A stretch of 63,015 nucleotides of DNA, the filler included, from Octopus bimaculoides (Eukaryota), in the NCBI RefSeq assembly GCF_001194135.2. It is 3 parts of 3 records of this genome, joined end to end, with 100 filler letters (N's around TTAATTAATTAA, not from the genome) between each part and the next. Parts side by side here need not be neighbours in the genome. Positions count along the whole stretch, not along the records: positions 1 to 29,795 come from NC_068985.1; positions 29,896 to 49,317 come from NC_068988.1; 1 more part is not named here. One strand, given 5' to 3'. Shown here piece by piece: positions 22,986-35,443 of this stretch; within the stretch, counting starts at the first letter, position 1, and each line of letters opens with the position of its first letter. The notes below the pieces were generated by a model that saw only the letters and a program-made list of their open reading frames with translations, did not search any database and was not told the origin of the DNA. A program made the translations under genes and the position numbers.

Positions 22986-24509
22986 ATAAGGACGATGTCT
23001 CCTGGGGTTGAATTACAGCAACATTCGTCCTAAACCAGGACTGCTATGTTATGTTGGCAAACAATCTTTACTCCAAAGTACTGTTGCTGAATATCTCTTG
23101 TGAGATTTACAAATAGTAATTTTCTAATGTGTATGATTGTTTGAGCACTTTTTCTCCTTCATTTAGCAGCATGTTGTTTTGCCCTTCAACTTACAGCATG
23201 GAGATCAGGATGGAGTAGTGCTTGGTCCTCTGTGGATGAATATCAGCCAGAATTGCAACACAGTAATATTGAGAGAGTTTAAATTGTAAATATTTCAGTT
23301 GGGTATGTAGCACCGAACGATTTTGGTCAACTGATAGAAACGGCAGAAGTTTGGAGAAAGTTATTAGAAAATTAAAAAGAAAACAAGGATTTGAAATACA
23401 CACACACACACACACACAAAGACAAATAAACAGAAATAAATGTAAATTAAAAAAATATCTAACCCTTTTTCTTTGGATCATCATAAGTTTTCTGCTGTAA
23501 GTTCTTCATTCCATCTTGCAATTCTTTAAATAAATGTTGGTAAGATAAAGATAAAACAAAAAAAAATTGAAGAAAAATTTTATACTGATTTGCATCCATT
23601 TTTCTGAGTTAGTATATAAAGAGATAATGTTAATTGGAGGAGAAATTACAAGAATCTGGAATTTTAAGACAGCTTTTTTTTATGAGAAAAGTTAGCTTAG
23701 GAGGAGCAGTAACCAGAGACATCCCAGAATTGTAGAACGGAAGAAGCTGATGTCTAGTTGAAACATCTGTCTACAAGAAAAATAGGAATGAAGAGGGGCC
23801 TGGGATTTTGGTTTGAATGCTTGCCATACACAATGAACTCCAGTAGATGTATCCAAAAACCAGATGGTAGTCTCAACTAGGCACCAGATTAGGCCTGAGG
23901 CAAGCAAACTCATAGACTTTTCTTAGGAGCATAACACTATGGTTTCAATAGTAAGTGTTGAACTCATAACTGCATGTTGGACCCTCAAGTTCTTTCATTT
24001 TGCAGTTGTTATAGTCTCATAACTGATTTCTTACACAGACAAAAGAACAGTTTTCATAGGAGTAAGTGTATATTCAATTGAATCAGCCATAGTACATTGC
24101 TGGAATTTATTTTGTTGAAGAAAATGGCAAAGTAAATTTTGCAAACAAATTCACCATCTTTGCAATCACCTGCTTCCAGGATATTCCACTGCACAACACC
24201 TTCTTAAGAGCCTCCTAGGGTACAGGCATAGATGGCTATATGGTTCAGAAGTTTACAATCATGTGGTCCTGGGTTTGATTCTTCTCCGTTACACCTTGGC
24301 CAAACATGTTCTACCAATGTCTTGGGGGAGGAATAAGCAAGTTAAGCCAACCTTTATGAGATAAATTGGAAAGATGCAAACTAATGATGGAGTTTGTTGG
24401 ATGGATGGTTTTGGGGTTTCCGTCCCAATCTTTGCCTATTTTAACATCACTTGGCCTTCAGATGACTTTAGTGAATTCTCTTTTGTTCTAGTCAGAAAAG
24501 CTGAACATT

Positions 24510-25162
24510 AGAAGCATCAGTTGTGGCGTGCAAGAGAGACGATTGCGCTGGTATGGACATGTGGTGAGAATGGAGGAGGATAGCTGCGTGAAAAAGTGCC
24601 ACACCCTAACAGTTGAGGGAACCCGTGGAAGAGGTAGGCCCAGGAAGACCTGGGCTGAGGTGGTGAGGCAAGACCTTCGTACATTGGGCCTCACCGAGGC
24701 GATGACTACGGACCGAGACCTTTGGAAATGTGNNNNNNNNNNNNNNNNNNNNNNNNNNNNNNNNNNNNNNNNNNNNNNNNNNNNNNNNNNNNNNNNNNNN
24801 NNNNNNNNNNNNNNNNNNNNNNNNNNNNNNNNNNNNNNNNNNNNNNNNNNNNNNNNNNNNNNNNNNNNNNNNNNNNNNNNNNNNNNNNNNNNNNNNGTGC
24901 CCCTGAACTGGCTTGTGCGGGTGGCACATAAAAGACACCATTTCGAGCGTGGCCGTTTTCGTGCGGGTGACACGTAAAAGCACCCACTACACTCTCTGAG
25001 TGGTTGGCGTTAGGAAGGGCATCCAGCTGTAGAAACTCTGCCAAATCAGACTGGAGCCTGGTGTTGCCATCCGGTTTCACCAGTCCTCAGTCAAATCGTC
25101 CAACCCATGCTAGCATGGAAGGCGGACGTTAAACGATGATGATGATGATGATGATGATGATT
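24510..25162 (+). mobile_element. Young 5'-truncated RTE LINE: ORF2 C-terminus + 3' UTR + (GAT)n, split by an N-gap
   Basis: Open frame QERRLRWYGHVVRMEEDSCVKKCHTLTVEGTRGRGRPRKTWAEVVRQDLRTLGLTEAMTTDRDLWK; CpGs retained. Confidence 0.93.
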
Positions 25163-25524
25163 CCAACTGAGTCTCCAGTGGGAGCATAATCTAATATCTT
25201 GATGTGCTGCTTCCTTCTGCACTAACCTATGAAACACTGTTTCTTCCTAATCTCATAGGAAACTGGAAAGGTTGTGGGCCACAGAGCCCATCTTCCTGTG
25301 ATTAAATTAGAAAAAAAATCCATTTTTATATTAGACTCAATTCTTACATTATAATTTCCCTTTCATCTTCTCCTAACCCTTTAACATTTAAACTGGCTAT
25401 ATCCAGCTCAAATACTCTACTAGTTTTGTGTTCAAACCGGTGAGATCCAGCCTCTCACACCTCCCCTACAATGTCATTCTAAAAATAAACAATCACAGTA
25501 TTGAAACTTCAAAGCTGCCAGATA

Positions 25525-25955
25525 ATCATCATCATCATTTAACGTCTGCTTTCCATGCTGGCATGGGTTGGATGGTTTGACTGAAAACTAGTAAGCCAGG
25601 GTGCTGTACCAGGTTCCAATCTGATTTGACATGGTTTCTACAGCTGGATGCCCTTCCTAACACCAACCACTCTGAGAGTGTAGTGGGTGTTTTTTACATT
25701 CCACCGGCATGGGTGCCAATGGCCTGACACTGGCATTGACCATGACTATAATCTCACTTAGCTCGACAGGTCTATACATGCATGGCATATCGCCAGGGGT
25801 CTTGGTTATCTGTCACTGCCTCCATGAGGGCCAATGCCTGAATGGTGTTCTTTATGTGCCATGGGCACGAATTCCAGTCACACAACACTGTCATCAACTA
25901 CGACTACAATTTCACTGGGTTTGACAGGTCTTCACAAGCACAGCATATCACCCAA
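25525..25955 (-). mobile_element. Family B / RTE 3' UTR copy
   Basis: Reverse-complement tail at 25530. Confidence 0.85.
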
Positions 25956-27008
25956 CAATGCATGATTAATTAAAATGATGTGAATTAATAAGCTCTGCAT
26001 TTGTCATAGAGATTTGAATATTGAAGGATTAATGTTACTTATTTGAGCAACACCAGATATTTACTGCTAGCTTAATACAACAACCAACAGTTCAATTTCA
26101 GATAAGTCTAATAGTCAACAGCTATTTCCCTGTATACCTAGGAAAGATATTCAATAAAAGTGTCTAAAAAGATGAGTAACAAAATGCTGCCATGCACAGG
26201 GCACAGTCTGGTTTGTCATTAGCTTATTACATTTCGACGAGGTCGACTTTGCCTTTCATCCTTTTGGGATCGATAAATCAAGTACCAGTTGAGTACTGGG
26301 GTGGATGTGATTGACTGTTCCCCTCCTCACAAAATCCAGGCCTTGTGTCTATAGTTGAAAGGATTAGCTTATTACACTGAAGTAGGGGTCAAACAGCAGG
26401 CAATTGGTCCTTAAAAATAACTTTGGTAGTTATCTTAAATAATATTCCTAGATAATCTGGTAGTCTTTTTCAACACCTAGATAAGTAGAATTAAGTGTAC
26501 TATCCAACAAAATGTGTTCAGTGAGTTGGAACCCAATAACATTGAACTAATGAGTTGGTTCCAACAGATGTCATGTAGACTGGTGCCTTATTTCTCACTT
26601 GGCCATCATATTATCATGATTACAGCATCAATATAAGGACACTAACTTCAGGATACAAAGAGTGAAAGAGAGAGAAAAGAAAAAAAGGGACGTATTATGA
26701 AAATTGTTCACAAACAATTATTTGAAAAGCAGTTATTCGAAATAAATATCATTTGTGTACCTGATTTTTAATTATTATCATTTTTGTTTAAATAAAATAA
26801 AAAATTTAGAATAATTAACATTTCGTATAATTGTCCTTTTGAATAATTTTCATTCATACAATTTTCCATTTGAATAATTGTTTTCGAACAACGTTCACGT
26901 AATCAAACAATGCTTGTGGTGTGCTGATTATTGGTTTAAAATTCCATGAATAAATCTCCTAAGACTGAATGAAGGAACAAAGAAACAAAAAAAAATATAC
27001 ATAATTAC

Positions 27009-27135
27009 CAGTATTTGCTTCTTTGTAGCGTTGAAGATAGAAAAGACATTGTGCTTTCCGAAGACTGAGTCTCGATGGAAGATGTGCAGGAATACAAGAA
27101 CATTGTTTGACTTCTTCAATGTCAGCTATGCATGC
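27009..27135 (-). CDS. SMYD4: SMYD4 exon (TPR): ACIADIEEVKQCSCIPAHLPSRLSLRKAQCLFYLQRYKEANT
   Basis: CCAG acceptor, GTAATT donor, 127 nt, phase 0/1; CxxDI...LRKAxCL pattern of SMYD4 TPR. Confidence 0.9.
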
Positions 27136-27559
27136 CTGGTTGGTGGGAAGAAATGTAAAAGATTTGATATTTATACAGAAGATATTCTTTTGAAGGGAAA
27201 TGGAAAGTGAATATATTAGGTTGTTCCGAAAATAATGGCTGCTCTAAGTGCTGTGTTTTGAAATGCAATTTTATCTGTGGCTGGACATCCTTCCTGACGC
27301 CAACCACGCTCAGAGCATAGTGGGTGTTCTTTACATTCTACCAGCACAGGTGCCATTAACCTGACACCAGCATTGGCCATGACTACGGTCTCGCTTGTCT
27401 TGACTATAAAATATTTATTATTTATAACATATATACTGACATGTGTTACTTAACACATTCTTTCATATTTTCACTCTGTCGGCTCCAGCTTGTATCCCAG
27501 CATTAGGTTCGTCAGTTTCCATCCAGTCTCCTCAGCTGACGTTTGTGCTGAAAGTGACT

Positions 27560-28410
27560 TTGGAGTCCAAATCTTTACGTTCTGAGTTCAAATTCCACCG
27601 AGGTCGATTTTGCCTTTCATTCTTTCGGGGTTGATAAATTAAATACCAGTCAAGTGTTGGGGTCGATCTAATCGACTGCCCCCACCTCACCAAGTATCAA
27701 ACCCTGTGCCTAGAGTAGAAAAGAATATACTTGTTTTATTCAATTGGTTTACTTATCATCTATAACTTAAAATGTTTTTGGTAACAACAAGAAGCTTTTA
27801 ACCTCTTGAGAGGTCAGTTTGGGGACAAAAGGAATAAAGCACTGAACTAGATTTCTCTCAAGAATTAGTTTTGTCTCTCCTTTATGTTGAATATAAATCT
27901 CAATGAGCTTGATTTTGCCTTTCATTCTTCCAGGGTTGATAAACTAAATCCCAGTAATACGCTGGGGGAAATTCAATTGCCTCTACCCAATGTGTAATCT
28001 CTACATTCGGTGATGCATCTGTGGGAGGCCCCACAGATGCATCACCGAATGTAGAGATTACACATGCTATGAGAGAACAAGTGCAAGATATGAAGCAGTT
28101 GTAACTGAGGATTGAACCAAGCTGATATTTCCATTCAATGTAGCTTTGCCATTACATCGACATTTTGCTACCCAGTAAGTAAAGAAGCAACAAGGTGGGT
28201 TGGCAGAATTGTTAGAACATCGGGTAAATTACTTAGCAGCATTTTGCTTGTCTGGACGTTCTGAGTTCAAATTCTGACAAGGTCAACTTGGTTTTTCATC
28301 CTTTCGGGGGTCAATAAAGTAAGGACCAGTTGAGCACTGGGGTTGATGTAATCAACTTAAACCCCTTCCCCAAAATTTCTGGCCTTGTGCCAAAGTTTGA
28401 AACCAATATG
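27560..28410 (+). mobile_element. Three family C SINE copies or fragments (27560-27730, 27900-27990, 28190-28410)
   Basis: Family C core ttttgcctttcat.c..tc.ggg.t..ataaa recurs three times. Confidence 0.8.
27990..28065. repeat. Perfect inverted repeat, 36-bp arms, 4-nt loop (AGGC)
   Basis: ATGTGTAATCTCTACATTCGGTGATGCATCTGTGGG and its exact reverse complement at 28030-28065. Confidence 0.97.
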
Positions 28411-28453
28411 TAAAGAAAAGAAGTGAATAGCTAGATGTTTGCTTAATACTGAC

Positions 28454-28543
28454 TTGGTATTTGCCGAGATGAAAGAGAGCTGCAGATCGATTCGAATAAG
28501 AAAGAGCAAGGTCATCGGAAGTTAACGGTGCCAATGTTAGGCT
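28454..28543 (-). CDS. SMYD4: SMYD4 first traceable coding exon (TPR): SLTLAPLTSDDLALSYSNRSAALFHLGKYQ
   Basis: TTTTCAG acceptor, GTCAGT donor, 90 nt, phase 0/0; NRSAALFHLG matches the SMYD4 N-terminal TPR as I recall it from human SMYD4. Confidence 0.92.
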
Positions 28544-28721
28544 CTGAAAAGAGAAAGAAAGGGAAAATAGACTTGAGTAACTGAAAGCAATAGTAGACAG
28601 GAATTCTTATGCTTTGTTATAAAGATCACAAGTGACATAGCTTTGTGATATCTACACTGACCAGAGTTAAAACAATAGCATCTCCTTCTCTTAGTTTGTC
28701 TATTTCCTTATATATATATAT

Positions 28722-28900
28722 ATCATCATCATTATCATCGTCGTTTAACGTCCGCTTTCCATGCTAGCATGGGTTGGACGATTTGACTGAGGACTGGTGG
28801 ACCAGGAGGTGACACCAGGCTCCAATCTGATTTGGCAGAGTTTCTACAGCTGGATGCCCTTCCTAAGGCCAACGACTCAGAGAGTTAGTGGGTGTTTTAT
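28722..28900 (-). mobile_element. Family B element, low divergence
   Basis: tcgtttaacgtccgctttccatgctagcatgggttggacg with CpGs intact. Confidence 0.88.
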
Positions 28901-29715
28901 ATATATATTAGTTATTAGTGATGGCTCCAATATTAGTTTCAAATAGCAATCTGGATATATTACTTACTGTAGATGTACAGTAAGAATGCCATATTTGTCT
29001 TGAGAAAACATTTCTTGCAGACGTATAATGCTAAAAAGCACAGACATATTAGCAGCAGATGAAAAATGATGTCCTGTATCAATGATGGAACATGCAGAAA
29101 TCATGTGATCTAGCAGTTCTACAGCCGGTCCTGGATATTTTTAGTGTGCACCTGATATTTCTGTGCTTTTTTAGCCCTCTGTGTCTATACAAGATGCTTC
29201 CTCAAGATGAATCCTACAGTATTATGGTGTTCTTACAGTACATACATGTTAAGTAGGATATACAGATTTATGTATATATCAGGTCATCCCATAAGTTTTG
29301 TCTGATTTTACCTTTTCAAAATTGAATGAAATTTAAAAGTATTTTAGAATGTCTAATGGAATTAAAAATTATTTTTATGCATTTGTGTACATTTAAACTA
29401 ATCAAATATTATTTATCTATATATATAATTGTATTTGATAAATAAATTCAAAAAGGGATAAAACTCTTTTACAAGAATTTTATCAAGAAGCCAGTGTGTA
29501 AAAAAATTCATAAGGGAAATTTCTATTCCCAAGAATATAATTATTTGTTTATATTTATATAAAGGGCATTATTACAGAAAATAATAACGCCATACAGTGG
29601 ACTTCTCAAAATAACCACATTTAGTACCTAATGCGAGGAAAAACAACCAACAGAAGACGACCAACTTTCTGTACATTTTATTATTTATCAAAGGATAATG
29701 ATAAAGATGAACATG

Positions 29716-29795
29716 AGCGAATCAATTTAGATTTAGATGAGATGCAGTTTGGGTTCGTGCCAGGTAAAAGCACTACTGATGCCTTATTTCTAGTG
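29716..29795 (+). mobile_element. RTE RT fragment running into a gap
   Basis: RINLDLDEMQFGFVPGKSTTDALFLV. Confidence 0.8.
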
Positions 29796-29895
29796 NNNNN
29801 NNNNNNNNNNNNNNNNNNNNNNNNNNNNNNNNNNNNNNNTTAATTAATTAANNNNNNNNNNNNNNNNNNNNNNNNNNNNNNNNNNNNNNNNNNNN

Positions 29896-29932
<37 letters not shown>

Positions 29933-29941
29933 ATGCATATA

Positions 29942-30140
29942 TGTTCTTTTATTCTTTTACTTGTTTCAGTCATTTGACTGCGGTCATGCTGGAGCACCAA
30001 CATTAGTCGAGCAAGTCCACCCCAGGGCTTATTCTTTGTCACCCTGGTAATTATTGCATCGGTTTCCTTTGCCGAACAGCTATGTTACGGGGATGTAAAT
30101 ACACCAGCATCAGTTGTCAAGCGATGTTACGGGAACAGAC
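29942..30140 (-). mobile_element. Family A SINE 3' half
   Basis: Tail homology. Confidence 0.8.
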
Positions 30141-30187
30141 ACAGACACACAAACACACACCCACACATGTATATGTGTGTATATAAA

Positions 30188-30658
30188 AGCAACTGTTTAT
30201 ACCGCAAGAGAAACAGTGCATTTGCTACGGCAGTGGTTTGGAGAGAGAACAATCTCCTGCTACGGCAATGTTAACTGTCTTTCACGTTCCCCAGATTTGA
30301 CTAGCCCGGATTTTTCTTCTGAGGATACCCGAAAGCGAGAGAGTTTATGTCAACAAACAGGAGACCCTGACCCCACTGAAGGAGAACACCAATAGAGAAA
30401 TCGGAGAAGCGGGATCTGAAACTCTTGAGGATGTTATGGTGCAATGTTTGGAAAGAGTACAGGCGAGTGAAGCCGAAAATGACTGTCATTTAAGCGATGC
30501 CATTTTTCATATGTAATGTAGTTTTGTTTCAAAATTTGACTCGTGCATATTATTTTCCATGATATCCTATATAAGGTATCAAACTTTCATGCATTTATTT
30601 GTACAATTAAAGAAGTTATTAAAAGCTGAAACCCATCAGTTTCTTTTGGGACACTCTG
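30188..30658 (+). mobile_element. Tc1/mariner transposase C-terminal relic with right TIR
   Basis: ATVYTARETVHLLRQWFGERTISCYGNVNCLSRSPDLTSPDF (WPxRSPDLTPxDF-like); ends GGGACACTCTG-TA. Confidence 0.85.
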
Positions 30659-31190
30659 TATTAGCATTGAACTAAAACTACCAAAACATTTCGACCAAAA
30701 GATTTCAGGATTTTCTGTCTCTTTCTCGGAATTGTTCTTACGCTCTCGTTTGAAACATAGAAACAAAATTCCCACCATTTTCATTTCGGTTTGTTCTACC
30801 TTTAGAAATATTCTTCTTTAACAGTTAGTACATTAAACTTTTTTTATATTGATATGTTGATTTCTTTCCTTCTCATTCGTACCATAAGAACTTTATAAGT
30901 TTCGACCGTTCAACCGTTCAAATTTAACTAGTGACAGAACACTCTGTTAATACTCTATGGTTATTCTCATTGCTATTCGGCATATATATTGTACATGCAT
31001 TTGCTTTAACAAAACTGCAGCAAGTAAGATGACATATTGTAGAAATTCAATATAATACGCACAGAAATAACGAATACGCATATCAAAATACCCGAAAGGA
31101 GAACACGTTTTGTATTTTGTAAAGAAATCTATATACCCAAGTCTTAAAATAATTTTGTAAAGAATATATACATCCATCCATATACATACG

Positions 31191-31224
<34 letters not shown>

Positions 31225-31810
31225 NNNNNNNNNNNNNNNNNNNNNNNNNNNNNNNNNNNNNNNNNNNNNNNNNNNNNNNNNNNNNNNNNNNNNNNNNNNN
31301 NNNNNNNNNNNNNNNNNNNNNNNNNNNNNNNNNNNNNNNNNNNNNNNNNNNNNNNNNNNNNNNNNNNNNNNNNNNNNNNNNNNNNNNNNNNNNNNNNNNN
31401 NNNNNNNNNNNNNNNNNNNNNNNNNNNNNNNNNNNNNNNNNNNNNNNNNNNNNNNNNNNNNNNNNNNNNNNNNNNNNNNNNNNNNNNNNNNNNNNNNNNN
31501 NNNNNNNNNNNNNNNNNNNNNNNNNNNNNNNNNNNNNNNNNNNNNNNNNNNNNNNNNNNNNNNNNNNNNNNNNNNNNNNNNNNNNNNNNNNNNNNNNNNN
31601 NNNNNNNNNNNNNNNNNNNNNNNNNNNNNNNNNNNNNNNNNNNNNNNNNNNNNNNNNNNNNNNNNNNNNNNNNNNNNNNNNNNNNNNNNNNNNNNNNNNN
31701 NNNNNNNNNNNNNNNNNNNNNNNNNNNNNNNNNNNNNNNNNNNNNNNNNNNNNNNTATATATATGTATGTATGTATATGTACATATGCAAATAAGATATC
31801 TGCATATATT

Positions 31811-31846
<36 letters not shown>

Positions 31847-32679
31847 AACACACACACACCAATATATATGTATATATATGTGTAAATATATATATATATG
31901 TATATGCATACATGGACACGCGCGCACACACACAGACACAAGCAGACACACAGACACACAGACACAAACACAAACCAACACTCATACAGATATATATGTG
32001 ACTTGTTTGAGTGTCGTTCAATAGAAGTGCTCGTTGTGTCAGGTTGTGCTCAATCAATCACAAGAACGTAACACATATATAACACATATATAGAACACCA
32101 TGAAAAGCTAAAATCTAATATAAAAGGTATTTAATTACAATCCCCAACCAACTAAAGCCGCATGAATTCAGCACAAAAAAGCAACACAAATGGACGTGTA
32201 GTTTTGCCATTAACACGTTGACTGAATATATATTTCTCTCCAGGTGAAGCATAAACTCTATAGAAGACACGGCATTTTACATTTACAGAGATGTGTGCCG
32301 TAGACTGCCTATCAATTAATACCCACAGAGTAGAGGGAACACGTTAGGAGAAATGTACTTATTTTAACGATAATGTCATTTATATTGTTTTTAAATATTT
32401 ACTAGTACCGTGGTGGCACCAGCTACTACCACTTAAAACAAAAAAAAAAGAAGCAAAATCAAACAAACAAGCACATACAATTCAAAAGTTCTTCCTGAAG
32501 CATTGGCTCACAAGGCTGGTTTTTCAGATTCTATAGACGGATGTTTTCCCCACTGGACGCGACGACTGTTTGTTGCAGAATTGCTTATTTTTGCCATCTG
32601 AGAGGATATGAACAACGTGAAATGAAATGTTGTGCTGATGAACAATTACAATAAATTAAACAATTGCAATTCCCCAATA

Positions 32680-33800
32680 GGTGGTGGGGAGACCTCTAAG
32701 GTAAAAGCGTGCAAGCCCCACAGAAAATCACTGTTTCCCTAACCGCGTAGGCAAGTGCTTCTCCTCTCTTTTACGCCATTCAGAAGCGCATGTTCAGAGC
32801 AGGCCGGTTCACACGTGCCATACTCGCCAGTCTCGCTCACCTTTCAATAAATTTGCTAGAAGGGAGCAACCTCCTCTCCACTCTGATTTGTCTCTTCAAG
32901 TAGAAGCTGAAAACGTTGATCAGAGATTTGCCAAAGTGGAAAGTACCCGTCTTCAGCCCTTTAAGTCTTGTCCACTACACAACCTCTTTGGACATAGTGA
33001 CCAGGCAAGTGTGAAAACTACCCGGCCTTCCCAACCAAAAAAAGGGAGTCGAGGAATCTCAACAATAGACTCGGTTGATAGCTGGGTACGTGCGATACGC
33101 GACAACAAGTATTCGATATAAACTCACACGTCAGAAACCGTCGGGCACTGGATGAGTGCATGCAGAATGGTTTCATCGCTCTGCGCACATCTCGGGCAGC
33201 TTTGATTGACGGCAGCTCCGTCTGTGGAGTATATTCCGAATCGACAACACTCCGCGGTAACATTGCCAGGCCATGAATTTATGAAAGTTATGCATACATC
33301 CTGGCCAGAAAATCCTCCGGAAAATATCGGCTAGTTGTTCTTCATTGAAGCCCAGAGTCTCCCTAAGGACATCGTTGCACCTATCTTCCACTAACCCTCT
33401 ATAGAACGCCAAAGTAAACAGGCAGAGGTTTAAGAGGCCTTGTCGGCACGCAAGGTGCCACTCGCCCTCCCTCGGTCTCAGTTTGACCCAGGATTGTATA
33501 TCCGTTAAGAAGAGGAGTTGAGGAAAAGCGCGTCTGACGGAAGGCGACTACACCTGCTCACCGTCTAGGAAACGCTGGAGATGCTCCCTTCTCCAAATAA
33601 ACAAGAGAGGTAAGACAACTGTACAGCACTGAAGTTGATAGAAAAGAAGAGACTTCCTTCGGTCACGAATGACCATGAGATTGCCTATAGAAAGTTCCCC
33701 TCCAAGGCACATGTCTGGGTAAGGTTGTTCATGGAAGACCAGTAGTCGCCCATGTATACCAGCCGCTGATGCTATCCAAAGAAAAAGCAAAGGCCGTTAC
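32680..33800 (-). mobile_element. Tx1/L1-clade LINE 3' fragment (post-RT region with zf-RVT-like motif)
   Basis: AFYRGLVED...FMAWQCYRGVL; frameshifted CPRCAQSDETILHALIQCP; C-terminal YLKRQIRVERRLLPSSKFIER. Confidence 0.75.
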
Positions 33801-34492
33801 AACTTCGTACCAGTGACGCCGAAACTGATTCCTGCAGCTGAGTGAGTTGGAGCAACGTGAAATAGTGTCTTGCTCAAGACCTCAACACACAGCCCAGTGT
33901 AGGAATCTAACTACCTCATGATTGTGAACCCGTCGCTCTAACCACTGAGCCATGCAGCTTGATAAACCCTGATTGATGGTTAAATTCTTAATCATAATGA
34001 GTTTATGGTCATACGTATCGCTCACCTGTTGCTTTTGACTTGTTAGTCATCATATAGATGGGAATATAAGTTTTTCTAGATCTACCTAAAATCGACATCA
34101 CAAAACGTCAATTTTAGAATGTGGTTTAATGTAAATTTCTAGTTCAAGTCTGAATATTTTCGTCCGTTCTTTCCTGAATGTATTTATCTGTTCTGTCTAG
34201 ATAGACAATAGTATATCAAGCTGGGTGTCAGGAAGGCAATGAATCAGCGAATGACGTGCGGATGACTTGCAACCAAACGCGCTATTGTACACCAAATTCG
34301 ATGAGAAGTAGAAAAAGAAAAAAAAAGGAATAATGCCGGTATCGATTTGAGCATGAGAATGGCAGCAATAAATTTATTACATTTAAGCTTACTTTTAGAA
34401 ATCCTTATTTTATAACCAGATCTTCAAGATTTTCTTTATTTTGAAATAATATTGTATGGCAATCGTAAATTGAAATAATATTGTATGGCAAT

Positions 34493-34493
<1 letters not shown>

Positions 34494-34530
<37 letters not shown>

Positions 34531-35393
34531 GCTACCACTGCTGCTGCTGCTGCTGCTACTGCTGTTGCTGCTGCTACTGCTGTTGCTGCTGCTGCTGCTG
34601 CTGCTGCTGGGGACAGTGNNNNNNNNNNNNNNNNNNNNNNNNNNNNNNNNNNNNNNNNNNNNNNNNNNNNNNNNNNNNNNNNNNNNNNNNNNNNNNNNNN
34701 NNNNNNNNNNNNNNNNNNNNNNNNNNNNNNNNNNNNNNNNNNNNNNNNNNNNNNNNNNNNNNNNNNNNNNNNNNNNNNNNNNNNNNNNNNNNNNNNNNNN
34801 NNNNNNNNNNNNNNNNNNNNNNNNNNNNNNNNNNNNNNNNNNNNNNNNNNNNNNNNNNNNNNNNNNNNNNNNNNNNNNNNNNNNNNNNNNNNNNNNNNNN
34901 NNNNNNNNNNNNNNNNNNNNNNNNNNNNNNNNNNNNNNNNNNNNNNNNNNNNNNNNNNNNNNNNNNNNNNNNNNNNNNNNNNNNNNNNNNNNNNNNNNNN
35001 NNNNNNNNNNNNNNNNNNNNNNNNNNNNNNNNNNNNNNNNNNNNNNNNNNNNNNNNNNNNNNNNNNNNNNNNNNNNNNNNNNNNNNNNNNNNNNNNNNNN
35101 NNNNNNNNNNNNNNNNNNNNNNNNNNNNNNNNNNNNNNNNNNNNNNNNNNNNNNNNNNNNNNNNNNNNNNNNNNNNNNNNNNNNNNNNNNNNNNNNNNNN
35201 NNNNNNNNNNNNNNNNNNNNNNNNNNNNNNNNNNNNNNNNNNNNNNNNNNNNNNNNNNNNNNNNNNNNNNNNNNNNNNNNNNNNNNNNNNNNNNNNNNNN
35301 NNNNNNNNNNNNNNNNNNNNNNNNNNNNNNNNNNNNNNNGAATGATGACGATGACGACCGAAGATACTGATGTTGTTGATGATGATGATGAGC

Positions 35394-35443
<50 letters not shown>

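Noticed and set aside
23195-23229. Exon-like CAG/GTAAGT segment (EDQALLHPDLHA) in a SMYD4 intron
   Set aside because: Phase 1/0 does not fit the downstream exon at 21770, which needs phase 1; no SMYD4 similarity.
29840-29851. TTAATTAATTAA island inside Ns (again at 49362-49373)
   Set aside because: Both are 44 N + 12 nt + 44 N = 100 nt with stops in all six frames: an artificial scaffold spacer, not biology.
34441-34493. 24-bp direct repeat with a 5-bp spacer; also TTAGTTTCTATAAA x3 at 46643-46697
   Set aside because: Simple local slippage duplications; no constant repeat with unique spacers, so not CRISPR.
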